Made by a program: the position numbers and the translations under genes | Shown here: one piece after another, positions 55,758 to 64,000 of the stretch | How positions within the stretch are numbered: the stretch's first letter is position 1 | Layout: every line of letters starts with the position of its first letter | Notes under the pieces: model-generated | Seen by the model: only the letters and a program-made list of their open reading frames with translations | What the model was told of the DNA's origin: nothing | Databases searched by the model: none | Assembly: GCA_046757025.1 (NCBI GenBank) | Contig: JBHHXN010000013.1 | Span: 1 to 64,000, forward strand | Direction: 5' to 3' | Origin: a bacterium | GTDB lineage: Bacteria; Zhuqueibacterota; Zhuqueibacteria; Oceanimicrobiales; Oceanimicrobiaceae | DNA length: 64,000 nucleotides

Positions 55758-57584
55758 TTATTGCGAGGGTCTCAACAACTTTTGAATCGACTGACCTAGT
55801 GACTCTTTCGTGTAAGGCTTCTGCAAGACTTCAACATTTTTTCTGATTGAGAATAATCTATAGTCCACGAGTTTTGCTTCGATATCATAACCGGTTACAA
55901 ATAGCACTGGCAAATTGGGATTGATTTTGTTTAATTGTCGGTATATATCCGGTCCGTTTTCGCCCGGCATCACCACATCCAGAATGACGAGATGGATTTT
56001 ACCCTGATCTGCTCGCAGCAGCTCACAGGCTTCTTTGCCGTTGCTGGCCGTGATCACTTTGTAGCTCAGGCTGTTCAAGATTCGGGCCGTTACATTCCTG
56101 ACGGTTTCATCGTCTTCGATCAATAAAATGGTTTCACCATTACCATGAATTTGTCCGTGACTCGGGCGCGCTTTGGTTTTAACTGTGGGTTTATTGACCG
56201 ACGGCAGCATTACACGAAAAGTGGTCCCGCGGCCGACCTCGCTTTCGACTTCGATGAATCCATCGTGCTGTTTTACGATGCCGTAAACCACCGCCAGACC
56301 CAGACCGGTACCCTTTCCGACTTCTTTAGTGGTGAAAAAAGGATCGAAGATTTGCGACAGGTTTTTTTTCTCGATGCCGATACCGTTATCTGAAACCAAA
56401 ATTTGAACATATTTGCTATTCCCGTTAACGGCATTTTTGCTCATGGATTCGGCACGGATGACGTTGGAAACTTTTAATTGCAATTTGCCCCCATGCTGCA
56501 TGGCATCGCGTGCGTTTACAAACAAATTCATCAGGATCTGCTGTATTTGACCTGGGTCGGCGTAAATGAGGGTGGATTTTTCAGGCAGTGAAACAAACAG
56601 TTCAATATCTTCTCCGAGAATGCGGCGCAGCATTTTTAGCAGGTCGTCGATGGTATGATTTACATTGAGATAGTTTTTCTTTAGTACCTGCTGCCGACTA
56701 AAGCTCAAAAGCTGGTTGGTTAAATCGCTGGCTTTATTGGCCGCTTTTTTGATTTGAACAAAATGTTCGTACCCAATCTGACCATGCTGGAGATCGCTGA
56801 GTCCAAATTCAGCGTTGCCTAGAATGGTGGTGAGTATGTTATTAAAATCGTGTGCGATACCACCGGCCAGGATGCCAATGGTCTCCATTTTTTGTGCATG
56901 CAGCAACTGTTCTTGTAGCTTCTTATTTTCCGTGATGTCTCGAATAATTCCATGGATGGCCTTGATGTTATTGTTGCTGTCCCGCAGGGTGGTGGCAGTT
57001 TTCAAAACGGTGAGTTTTTCTCCGTTCTTTGTATTAAGCTGCAGCTCAAAATCTTTGACAAATCCTTGTTGCTCCAGGATCTGTTTGAACAATTGGCTGT
57101 CATGGGAGGAAACGTAAAGATCCTGATAAATATTGGCGTTGAGCAGCTCTTCCCGGGAGGGAAATCCAAATAGCTCCACACCTGCTGTATTGATGTCGAG
57201 GATTTTGCCGTCGGGCGAGCTGATAAAAATGGCGTCTTTTGATTTTTCAAAAAGCGTGCGAAACTTTTCTTCCGATTCCCGCAACGCTTTTTCCGCCTGC
57301 AGGTGTTTATGTAACCGTTCCTGAAAAGCCATATCGTATGATATAAACAGCTCCATCAGCGGGGATGAAATATGCTGCAAGATTTCCGGCAATCTGGCAG
57401 GAGGGAGCTCGTGTACCAAACGCGACAGAGCTTTCTCATGCAGCTCCACGATATTTTCATGGGGGATTTGGTTTTGAACAAGCGTCTTTCCTAACTTTCC
57501 AGCAGAAGCCAGATGCGTTTCCTCTGGATGTGAAACGTAACTTTTCAATATTTGATAGTATTCTGTTTGAAGTGATTCATCCAT
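55758..57584 (-). CDS. Hybrid sensor kinase: RsbU-N-like domain, PAS, HisKA, HATPase, receiver
   Basis: [34 protein letters not shown]-terminus [22 protein letters not shown]. Confidence 0.88.
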   Translation of the reverse strand: MDESLQTEYYQILKSYVSHPEETHLASAGKLGKTLVQNQIPHENIVELHEKALSRLVHELPPARLPEILQHISSPLMELFISYDMAFQERLHKHLQAEKALRESEEKFRTLFEKSKDAIFISSPDGKILDINTAGVELFGFPSREELLNANIYQDLYVSSHDSQLFKQILEQQGFVKDFELQLNTKNGEKLTVLKTATTLRDSNNNIKAIHGIIRDITENKKLQEQLLHAQKMETIGILAGGIAHDFNNILTTILGNAEFGLSDLQHGQIGYEHFVQIKKAANKASDLTNQLLSFSRQQVLKKNYLNVNHTIDDLLKMLRRILGEDIELFVSLPEKSTLIYADPGQIQQILMNLFVNARDAMQHGGKLQLKVSNVIRAESMSKNAVNGNSKYVQILVSDNGIGIEKKNLSQIFDPFFTTKEVGKGTGLGLAVVYGIVKQHDGFIEVESEVGRGTTFRVMLPSVNKPTVKTKARPSHGQIHGNGETILLIEDDETVRNVTARILNSLSYKVITASNGKEACELLRADQGKIHLVILDVVMPGENGPDIYRQLNKINPNLPVLFVTGYDIEAKLVDYRLFSIRKNVEVLQKPYTKESLGQSIQKLLRPSQ

Positions 57585-57588
57585 CAAA

Positions 57589-58170
57589 TCATCTCCTTTG
57601 GTAAATCATAACCGCCGCGTCATCCTGTGGATTGCTCCACTCTTTGATGATAGTGTCGGCTAAATTATCAATATTTTGCAGCAGAGTTGTTTTATAATTT
57701 GAGATTTCCAGCATTTCCCGGATGCCGTCTGTGGTCAGAATCACTAGGTCACCGGGCGTCAGTTTAACCGATTCTGTTGACAAAGTTTTGTAGCCGGCGC
57801 CTATGATGCCATAACGGTTACTCAGCCGAATTACCTGAGTTCCTGCCACCATCGCCCGGATATTCCCGATGCCCGCATATGTGAGCACCCCGGTTTTCTC
57901 GTCGATGATGGCTACAGCCATGACCACACCGTGCGTGTGACGAAGGATTTCATTGCAATCCGCAAACAAGTTGGTAAGCGGTTTATGAAGATGTTCGCCT
58001 ATGAATTCAATGGCCGTGTAAGCGGCAATTTGAGCGTTCCTGCCGTGGCCAAGGCCATCCGCTATGCACAGGAAGGTTTTCTGCCCGTTTTGCCAGTAGG
58101 CACATTGGTCACCGCAATACGCTGCCGCATAACGGGATTTTTTCGAGATCGCTACCTGCACTTCTTCCAT
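57589..58170 (-). CDS. rsbX: RsbX-like PP2C/SpoIIE phosphatase
   Basis: CGD, ADGLGHG, GIGNI, TDGI and DDA. Confidence 0.82.
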   Translation of the reverse strand: MEEVQVAISKKSRYAAAYCGDQCAYWQNGQKTFLCIADGLGHGRNAQIAAYTAIEFIGEHLHKPLTNLFADCNEILRHTHGVVMAVAIIDEKTGVLTYAGIGNIRAMVAGTQVIRLSNRYGIIGAGYKTLSTESVKLTPGDLVILTTDGIREMLEISNYKTTLLQNIDNLADTIIKEWSNPQDDAAVMIYQRR

Positions 58171-58574
58171 TTTCTCACTACAACTCGAGTTCCCAGGCCA
58201 GGCTGGGAGGTGATTTCAAACTCATCCATTAACCGGTTAACGCCTGGTAGTCCGCTTCCAAGTCCGCCATTTGTGGAGAAGTTATCTTGTAATGCCAGCT
58301 CAAGGTCCGGTATTCCCGGCCCGGTATCTTCTGCAGTCAATTCCATGCCGATGGCGCCTGGCCGTTCGACCGCTGTCATGGTTATCTGTCCGCCGTTTGT
58401 CGCATGAAAAATGAGGTTGCTTGCCAGCTCGGAGACGCTGGTTGCAACATAAAAAGCCCAAGTTTCCGAGAAACCCATTTCACCTGCCATTTTCAGAGCG
58501 GCGTGCAAAGCGCTTTGAATTTGGTGTTCGTGAGAAATGGGTATGGTAATTATTTTCGATGTGTTGCAGTTCAT
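58152..58574 (-). CDS. Second RsbT-like Ser/Thr kinase (GHKL)
   Basis: SELASN, DTGPGIPD and GLGSGLPGVNRLMDEF. Confidence 0.85.
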   Translation of the reverse strand: MNCNTSKIITIPISHEHQIQSALHAALKMAGEMGFSETWAFYVATSVSELASNLIFHATNGGQITMTAVERPGAIGMELTAEDTGPGIPDLELALQDNFSTNGGLGSGLPGVNRLMDEFEITSQPGLGTRVVVRKWKKCR

Positions 58575-58594
58575 GAATTTTTAGCAAAGTCTGT

Positions 58595-58987
58595 TTAACG
58601 TTTCATTTGTATGGTCACCACGGTGTTTCTGGGTTCGGATTGAATATCGAATTTGTCCACCAATCGTTTAGCGCCGGGTAAACCGCCGCCGATGCCTTTA
58701 CCTGTGCTGTAGCCATAGTGCATGGCCAAATCGATATCCGCTATGCCGGGGCCATTATCTTGAAAAACTACCTCAACCCCCACTTCCTTGCCGTTGGAAA
58801 TGTCGCTGATAGTGCAACTACCGTCCCCGGCATATTGGATTATGTTGCGCGCTAACTCAGAAATGGCGGTGGCAAATCGAGTCTGATCAGCCGTACCAAA
58901 ACCAAGTAGTCTCAACATCTCCCGGCCGGCCTTTCTGGCCAGAATAATATCTTTTTCCACCTTGATGGCAATTTTTTGCTTATTCAT
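58595..58987 (-). CDS. rsbT: Stressosome kinase
   Basis: ATAISELARNI..YA, DNGPGI and GLPGAKRLVD. Confidence 0.9.
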   Translation of the reverse strand: MNKQKIAIKVEKDIILARKAGREMLRLLGFGTADQTRFATAISELARNIIQYAGDGSCTISDISNGKEVGVEVVFQDNGPGIADIDLAMHYGYSTGKGIGGGLPGAKRLVDKFDIQSEPRNTVVTIQMKR

Positions 58988-59360
58988 CGCCGTCCCCCCT
59001 TTGTTGCGCCGCGATCAGCTCATGAATCTTTTTGAGTCCCAGCTCTAAATTGAGTGCGGTTTTGACGCCAACCAACTCCCGGCCCATTTCGGTGAGTGCG
59101 AGGGCGACATTGGGCTGCATACCCGTGACCACAACCTCGGCACCAAGCAGGCGAACCATATTGGCGGTATCGTTCAAAACTTTAGCCATGTAGGAATCCA
59201 CCACGTCCAATGCCGTAATATCGATCACAATACCTTTGGTTTCGGTTTCTTTCACTTTGCGCAAGACGTCCGATTGAAATTCCGAGGCCTCCTGATCAGT
59301 CAAATCGATCTGAATCGAGGTTAGGAGCACGTCATGGAGTTTTAGAATCGGCACTTTCAT
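58980..59360 (-). CDS. rsbS: Stressosome STAS antagonist
   Basis: VPILKL, VVDSY phospho-Ser motif, GMQP. Confidence 0.92.
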   Translation of the reverse strand: MKVPILKLHDVLLTSIQIDLTDQEASEFQSDVLRKVKETETKGIVIDITALDVVDSYMAKVLNDTANMVRLLGAEVVVTGMQPNVALALTEMGRELVGVKTALNLELGLKKIHELIAAQQRGDGDE

Positions 59361-60238
59361 TTCATGCCCTCCTTTTTATTGGGGAGTTGTGCATCAATGA
59401 AAGCAAATGCTGCGGCAACCCCTCCGCGCAGACTACCGCGTGTGTTGATGTTGCTGAGGTCAATCCCTAATTTGGCTAATGTCTGGGCGCTTTCCGTGCT
59501 GATGCCGGTAATGATAACTTCGGTACCCAGCATTTTGGCCGCTGAAATGGTTTTGATGAGATGTTGTGCCACGCGCGTGTCAATTACCGGTACGCCGGTA
59601 ATGTCGAGAATCACGACTTGCGCCTGGTAATCAACAATTCCAGCAAGCAGGGTCTCCATGATGTGCTGGGCGCGGTGCGTGTCGATAACCCCGATGAGCG
59701 GCATCAAGACGATATCATCCCACAGTTGGACGACCGGGGTTGAAAGCTCAAGCAGGGAGCGACTTTGTTCTTCGATGAGCTGTTCACGAATCCGGGAATA
59801 CGACTCGAAAGTGAAAAGTCCGAGCTTATCCATGAGGTTATTTATTTGTATTATTTGATTGTTGAGGAGAGATGGATTCCTACCAAATTCATCCTGTAAA
59901 AATTCCAATAAGGCATTTTTTAAAGAAAACACGTAGATGGCGGTTTCGGATGGAGAGCAACCGGCTGCTGCGTGTGATTGACTGATTTCGCGCAAAAGAG
60001 ATAGCGTCTTTGAAAATTCTTTGCGTTCGATATCTTCAAAATCCCCGGATGCAAAAGCCATGATGAGGGCTTGCAGCAGTTTTGAAGTTTCTCTTTTGAG
60101 CTGTTGTTCCGTGATCAGTTCAAATAACCGTTGGTCCGATTGAGAGCGAATTTTCTCCTGCCAGATTTTCAGTATTTCTTTCTGTCTGGATTTCAAAAGC
60201 TCGGCGATACGGTTGTTTTTTTGTGGATTATCAGGCAT
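59357..60238 (-). CDS. rsbR: Stressosome sensor (RsbRD-N-like domain plus STAS)
   Basis: ELSTPV, IDTHRA and VPVIDT (both phospho-Thr positions present). Confidence 0.92.
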   Translation of the reverse strand: MPDNPQKNNRIAELLKSRQKEILKIWQEKIRSQSDQRLFELITEQQLKRETSKLLQALIMAFASGDFEDIERKEFSKTLSLLREISQSHAAAGCSPSETAIYVFSLKNALLEFLQDEFGRNPSLLNNQIIQINNLMDKLGLFTFESYSRIREQLIEEQSRSLLELSTPVVQLWDDIVLMPLIGVIDTHRAQHIMETLLAGIVDYQAQVVILDITGVPVIDTRVAQHLIKTISAAKMLGTEVIITGISTESAQTLAKLGIDLSNINTRGSLRGGVAAAFAFIDAQLPNKKEGMK

Positions 60239-60571
60239 AATTGAACCCTTTGATTTTGAGTACTGTGGGTATCTTTGATGGTTAATTCAAAACCAGATTT
60301 TCCAGTGCACTGCGCTCATTTTGCATTTGTAGCACTTGACGGTTCAATGGGTGTGTGAAAGATCTTCAAAAATCGTATGCAGGTTCGACAGTGCGGAACA
60401 AATTTGACTGCTCTAACCGTTGAATGAAGATACTTAAAAATAAAACGTATGGGGAAACCCGCTCATATTGGTTTGATATGTTAGCTTGCTTTTATCTCCT
60501 TCCTTTTTTGATTTTCATACCATTTTGGCAATAATAACCTCATATTTAGCTATTGCAATTATTATTTAAAA

Positions 60572-60600
60572 AAGGTAACTAAATGCGTTTCTATTGTCAA
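60572..60600 (-). promoter_or_regulatory. Candidate sigma70 promoter for the rsb operon
   Basis: TTGACA-17 bp-TACCTT on the minus strand, ~330 nt upstream of rsbR. Confidence 0.4.
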
Positions 60601-60877
60601 GCGAAAACATGTTAAATTTGAATAATTTTGTTATGAGGGAGACCTGCTTGATTTCGAGTTTGTCCTGAGCAAATATTTGTGAATTTTTATGAGTGTCTAA
60701 TTTTCCTGTGTTGTTTTTAGATGTCAAAAATGCCGAAACTTTCATTTAACATCCGTAGAAAGGCGGTTAATACCCGACTCACTTTTATCGTGAAAACATG
60801 CCGAGTTCATCTTCTGTTTTCTATTTTCAAACCGCTGCCAATCCGGCGTCTTCACTTTGCCACCCCAGTTGATTCGA

Positions 60878-62932
60878 TCAGTTTTCTTTTGAGTACAACC
60901 ACTCCCACAATTTGTCAGCGCGTTCGAATACATAGGATAAATCTTCTGCGAGCAGGAATCCTTCTACTACAAGCCGGGCTGCCGCTTCTTTTACACGCTT
61001 CAAGTAAGCGCTTTTGTTGGAATAAAGCGATGCGATGCTCGGACGCGGATCACTGCGCCGGGCTTTTTCTACATCGGTACGTGGAAGGGGAGCGAAGGTT
61101 CCGATGAAATCCCTCAGCTCACCGTTGCCGCCTTTGAATCCTGTCCGCAGATTCCAGGGGAAGTAAGTCGCCAGGGGTACGCGTATTTCCACGTTGCGCA
61201 CACCGGCGATTTCGTTGCCCAAATCATCCACTTGTGAAACCAAAGAGGGGAAAGGTTTACCCAATCTCGGCGGCTGATAATCGACGATGCCGTGCAGCCA
61301 GCGCGGACCGTAGTCAGCCCGATATGCCACATGAATCACTTTTGGGAACGACAGATCTGGAATTTCCGGAAAATCCACGTTTGCTGAATTAACCAGACTT
61401 TGGTCGCTTATAAGCGGCATGGCGCTTGCCGGCGGCTCGACTTCTTTCTCAAGCCACTCAACCAGCCGTACCAGCAGGGCACGGTAATTCACACTGAAGT
61501 CCAGTGGATTGCCGCGGAAAACTTCGGCGTCCGGTAAGCCATCGCGAACACGCGGTGGAAAACGCCCCACAAAATGTTGCCCGCTGGCCAGATGGTAGAT
61601 GCGTTCGTTTGGCAGAGGCGGCACGTCCAGGCGGCCGTCGGGTGTGGTATGAATGAGCGAGGCGGCGCGTCCCCAGTCCTCATAGCCGGTGTTGATGTAA
61701 AAAATCTTCGGCGCATGCTGCGGATTGTGCAGGTGCGCCAGCAAACCGTCCGAGCGTTCGGTTTCAGCATCCTGCTGAATGCGACTGGCAAACGGGAAAA
61801 GGTCCGTTGGGTAAAAGAACGCCGAATAGCGATGGGCGTCGCGCGAAGGTTGTGCAAAGCGGTGATTGAAACTTCCGCGCCCGGCGCCCGCGGTGATGAT
61901 CATGGATCCGTCGTAGGCTTGCCGGCCGGCTTCATCCGTGTTAAAACCCTGGTACAAGAAGTGCCGCAGAAAGCGTCCGGTTTGCGACACCCCGACCGCG
62001 ATGCCATACTTTACCGGAAAAGGGCACTTCTCATCGTATTTGGCGTAGGCGATGATATCCCGGATGGCTGCCAGACCCAATCCCACCACGGCCGGATCTT
62101 TTGCGCGATAGACCAACTCGTAAATTTTGCCGACTGTAAATCCGGACGCCATGTAAATGTGCGTACTGTCTGGCTGGACTTTGCCATCTTCTTCGCGTGC
62201 AAATTGCCAGTTTTCCCGCGAAATCAATCGTCGTGGCTCATCACGACCGTCTCGTACCGTCAGCACGTTCTCTGGATAATCGGGGTCCACCACCGGGTAC
62301 GGCAGATGGTTGCGATGGCTGATCCGCAAAGTTTTCGCGGCGTGATCGAGAGTCCAGTCGCTGCGCACCAGACCATAAATTGGGGAGCCGTCCAAATTTT
62401 TCGCTCTCGGTACGTGTAAACGGAGTACGCCCTCCCGTTGCGGCACATCGAACTGCCAGCCCACCCAGATCACTGTCAGCCCCTGACGCATGAGCAGTTC
62501 GTTGCCAAAATCGGCCGGTTCGTTTGCATTCAGGGTGCGACTTCTTGCCCGGTTGAAATAGCGCAAGGAAAATTTACCGCCGCGATTGCTGACTTCCACC
62601 AGCGCCACGCCACGGCTTTTGGATGACTCGACTGGCTGGAGTACCACAAAATTAGCCCATGCTTCCACCAGGCCGTCCTGGTTGCGGGGGGCCAAATCGA
62701 GATCCACGATGCGGGCATTCATGGGATTGGCCGGATCAAAGCCGAAATAAATTTTGCCTTGTAATAGCTCGTAAAATCCAAACATGTCATAACTTTTGCC
62801 ATGCAGAACCGGCTTCCGCGACCTCACTTCCACGCGCAACACTTTGGTATGCAGGAGCGCCGGAAAAAGGAACAGCATACCTATCAAAAGGCTGACGATG
62901 TTTCGAGATATCTTTTCAAATGGATGGTTCAT
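60878..62932 (-). CDS. Secreted alpha/beta hydrolase-domain protein
   Basis: Signal peptide; NRGG, GWQFD, GVSQTGRFL, GFN.DE and GQH. Confidence 0.8.
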   Translation of the reverse strand: MNHPFEKISRNIVSLLIGMLFLFPALLHTKVLRVEVRSRKPVLHGKSYDMFGFYELLQGKIYFGFDPANPMNARIVDLDLAPRNQDGLVEAWANFVVLQPVESSKSRGVALVEVSNRGGKFSLRYFNRARSRTLNANEPADFGNELLMRQGLTVIWVGWQFDVPQREGVLRLHVPRAKNLDGSPIYGLVRSDWTLDHAAKTLRISHRNHLPYPVVDPDYPENVLTVRDGRDEPRRLISRENWQFAREEDGKVQPDSTHIYMASGFTVGKIYELVYRAKDPAVVGLGLAAIRDIIAYAKYDEKCPFPVKYGIAVGVSQTGRFLRHFLYQGFNTDEAGRQAYDGSMIITAGAGRGSFNHRFAQPSRDAHRYSAFFYPTDLFPFASRIQQDAETERSDGLLAHLHNPQHAPKIFYINTGYEDWGRAASLIHTTPDGRLDVPPLPNERIYHLASGQHFVGRFPPRVRDGLPDAEVFRGNPLDFSVNYRALLVRLVEWLEKEVEPPASAMPLISDQSLVNSANVDFPEIPDLSFPKVIHVAYRADYGPRWLHGIVDYQPPRLGKPFPSLVSQVDDLGNEIAGVRNVEIRVPLATYFPWNLRTGFKGGNGELRDFIGTFAPLPRTDVEKARRSDPRPSIASLYSNKSAYLKRVKEAAARLVVEGFLLAEDLSYVFERADKLWEWLYSKEN

Positions 62933-63090
62933 TTGTGTTTTCAACGGTCTTTTAAAATGGCACGAAATGCGTATTCATATTCAGCCGTTGTGCGCATTCA
63001 GCATGAAAATGATATAATTTTTTTCAGCAAATGCCAGGTTTTTAGCAGCCAACTCATGGCCGTTCTCAAAGCCCTCTGGTAGCTCCGCAG

Positions 63091-64000
63091 TTAGCGATTC
63101 GTGCCATTGGTGCTGGTTTCCAGCCCCAGGGTTTTACCTTTTTGGGTGGCAGGTACGCCTTCGCACATCCAGACCGGTTCGGGCGCGCCTTTCAAATAGT
63201 GATCAAAAAATTGCTGCATGCGTATGGTCCAGTCTTTTTTGTTGTGAAATTTCGTCGGCCAGTGCGGTTCGTCGTTGTAATTGATAAGCCAGACCGGTTT
63301 GCCCAGTCGCCGCAGCGCCACAAATAATTCAATGCCCTGGTACCACGGAACGGCTGTGTCGTGATCGTTGTGCATGATCAGCAGCGGCGTTTCCACCTTG
63401 TCCACCCAGAAGATGGGCGAGTTTTCGATGTAGCGCATGGGGACTTCCCACAGCGAACCGCCGATGCGGCTTTGGGTGCGTTCGTATTGAAACATGCGGC
63501 TCATGCCCGAACCCCAGCGAATGCCGCCGTAAGCGCTGATCATATTCGAAACCGGTGCGCCGGCTTCCGCCGCTTTGAAAATGTTGGTCTGCGTGACCAT
63601 GTAAGCGATCTGGTAGCCGCCCCAGCTGTGCCCCTGCACCCCGATATTTTTTTCATCCACAAAACCCAGCTTGATCAAATGGGTGACGCCGGGCAGTACC
63701 GCGTTCAGGGCGCTTTCCCCCGGGTAACCCACTTTGTACGGAATATCCGGCACAAACACCACATAGCCGCGGCTGGCGTAAAACGAAAAGTTGATGATGG
63801 AACGGTTGGCTTCGGGTGTCCAGTGGCGGTGCAAATTGTGAGAATTGCGTTCGTAAAAATACACCATCATCGGATATTTGTTTTGCGGATCGAAATTTTC
63901 CGGTTTGATTAAAAGACCCTGCAGCGGTACGCCGTCCAGTGACGTCCACTCCATGAGCTCGGCCGTACCCCAGAGATATTCCGCCTGTTGCGGATTCATG
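63091..64000 (-). CDS. S9 prolyl oligopeptidase family protein (5' part outside the window)
   Basis: GHSWGGY, HNDHDTAVP and EPH catalytic triad. Confidence 0.92.
   Translation of the reverse strand, partial: MNPQQAEYLWGTAELMEWTSLDGVPLQGLLIKPENFDPQNKYPMMVYFYERNSHNLHRHWTPEANRSIINFSFYASRGYVVFVPDIPYKVGYPGESALNAVLPGVTHLIKLGFVDEKNIGVQGHSWGGYQIAYMVTQTNIFKAAEAGAPVSNMISAYGGIRWGSGMSRMFQYERTQSRIGGSLWEVPMRYIENSPIFWVDKVETPLLIMHNDHDTAVPWYQGIELFVALRRLGKPVWLINYNDEPHWPTKFHNKKDWTIRMQQFFDHYLKGAPEPVWMCEGVPATQKGKTLGLETSTNGTNR

Noticed and set aside
61574..62419. 281 aa antisense ORF (similar cases opposite prfB, the ATPase, sulP and the S9 peptidase)
   Set aside because: Shadow ORFs of well-supported genes

Overview
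Bacterial chromosomal window made mostly of housekeeping and accessory genes. The organism is diderm (Lol system, outer-membrane barrels). The LysS insertion resembles Bacteroidota/FCB-group proteins, and Na+-NQR plus glucosylglycerate genes suggest a saline habitat; both are inferences. In order, the window holds: a zincin-TPR protein; gpgS/gpgP-like compatible-solute genes; SulP; a complete nqrABCDEF followed by a CBS protein, apbE and an NqrM-like small gene; a PlpD-type patatin; a four-gene secreted protein / FecR / beta-barrel / CHASE2-adenylate cyclase cluster; a prfB (programmed +1 frameshift)-alr-lysS-lolC/E-lolD-mcsA-mcsB-clpC run; a stand-alone OLD-like ABC ATPase; NhaC; a catalytically degenerate membrane-anchored GH2-like protein; glnS; a decayed GxxExxY/PIN patch; and a stressosome (RsbR-S-T-T2-X) operon ending in an RsbU-N/PAS hybrid histidine kinase. 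Intergenic spaces carry several MITE-like and REP-like elements. I saw no rRNA, tRNA or CRISPR array. The best candidates for poorly described systems are the stressosome-to-kinase module, the trans-envelope cAMP cluster, the GH2 pseudo-enzyme and the REP-carrying MITEs. All family calls come from reading motifs by eye; no database searches were run.
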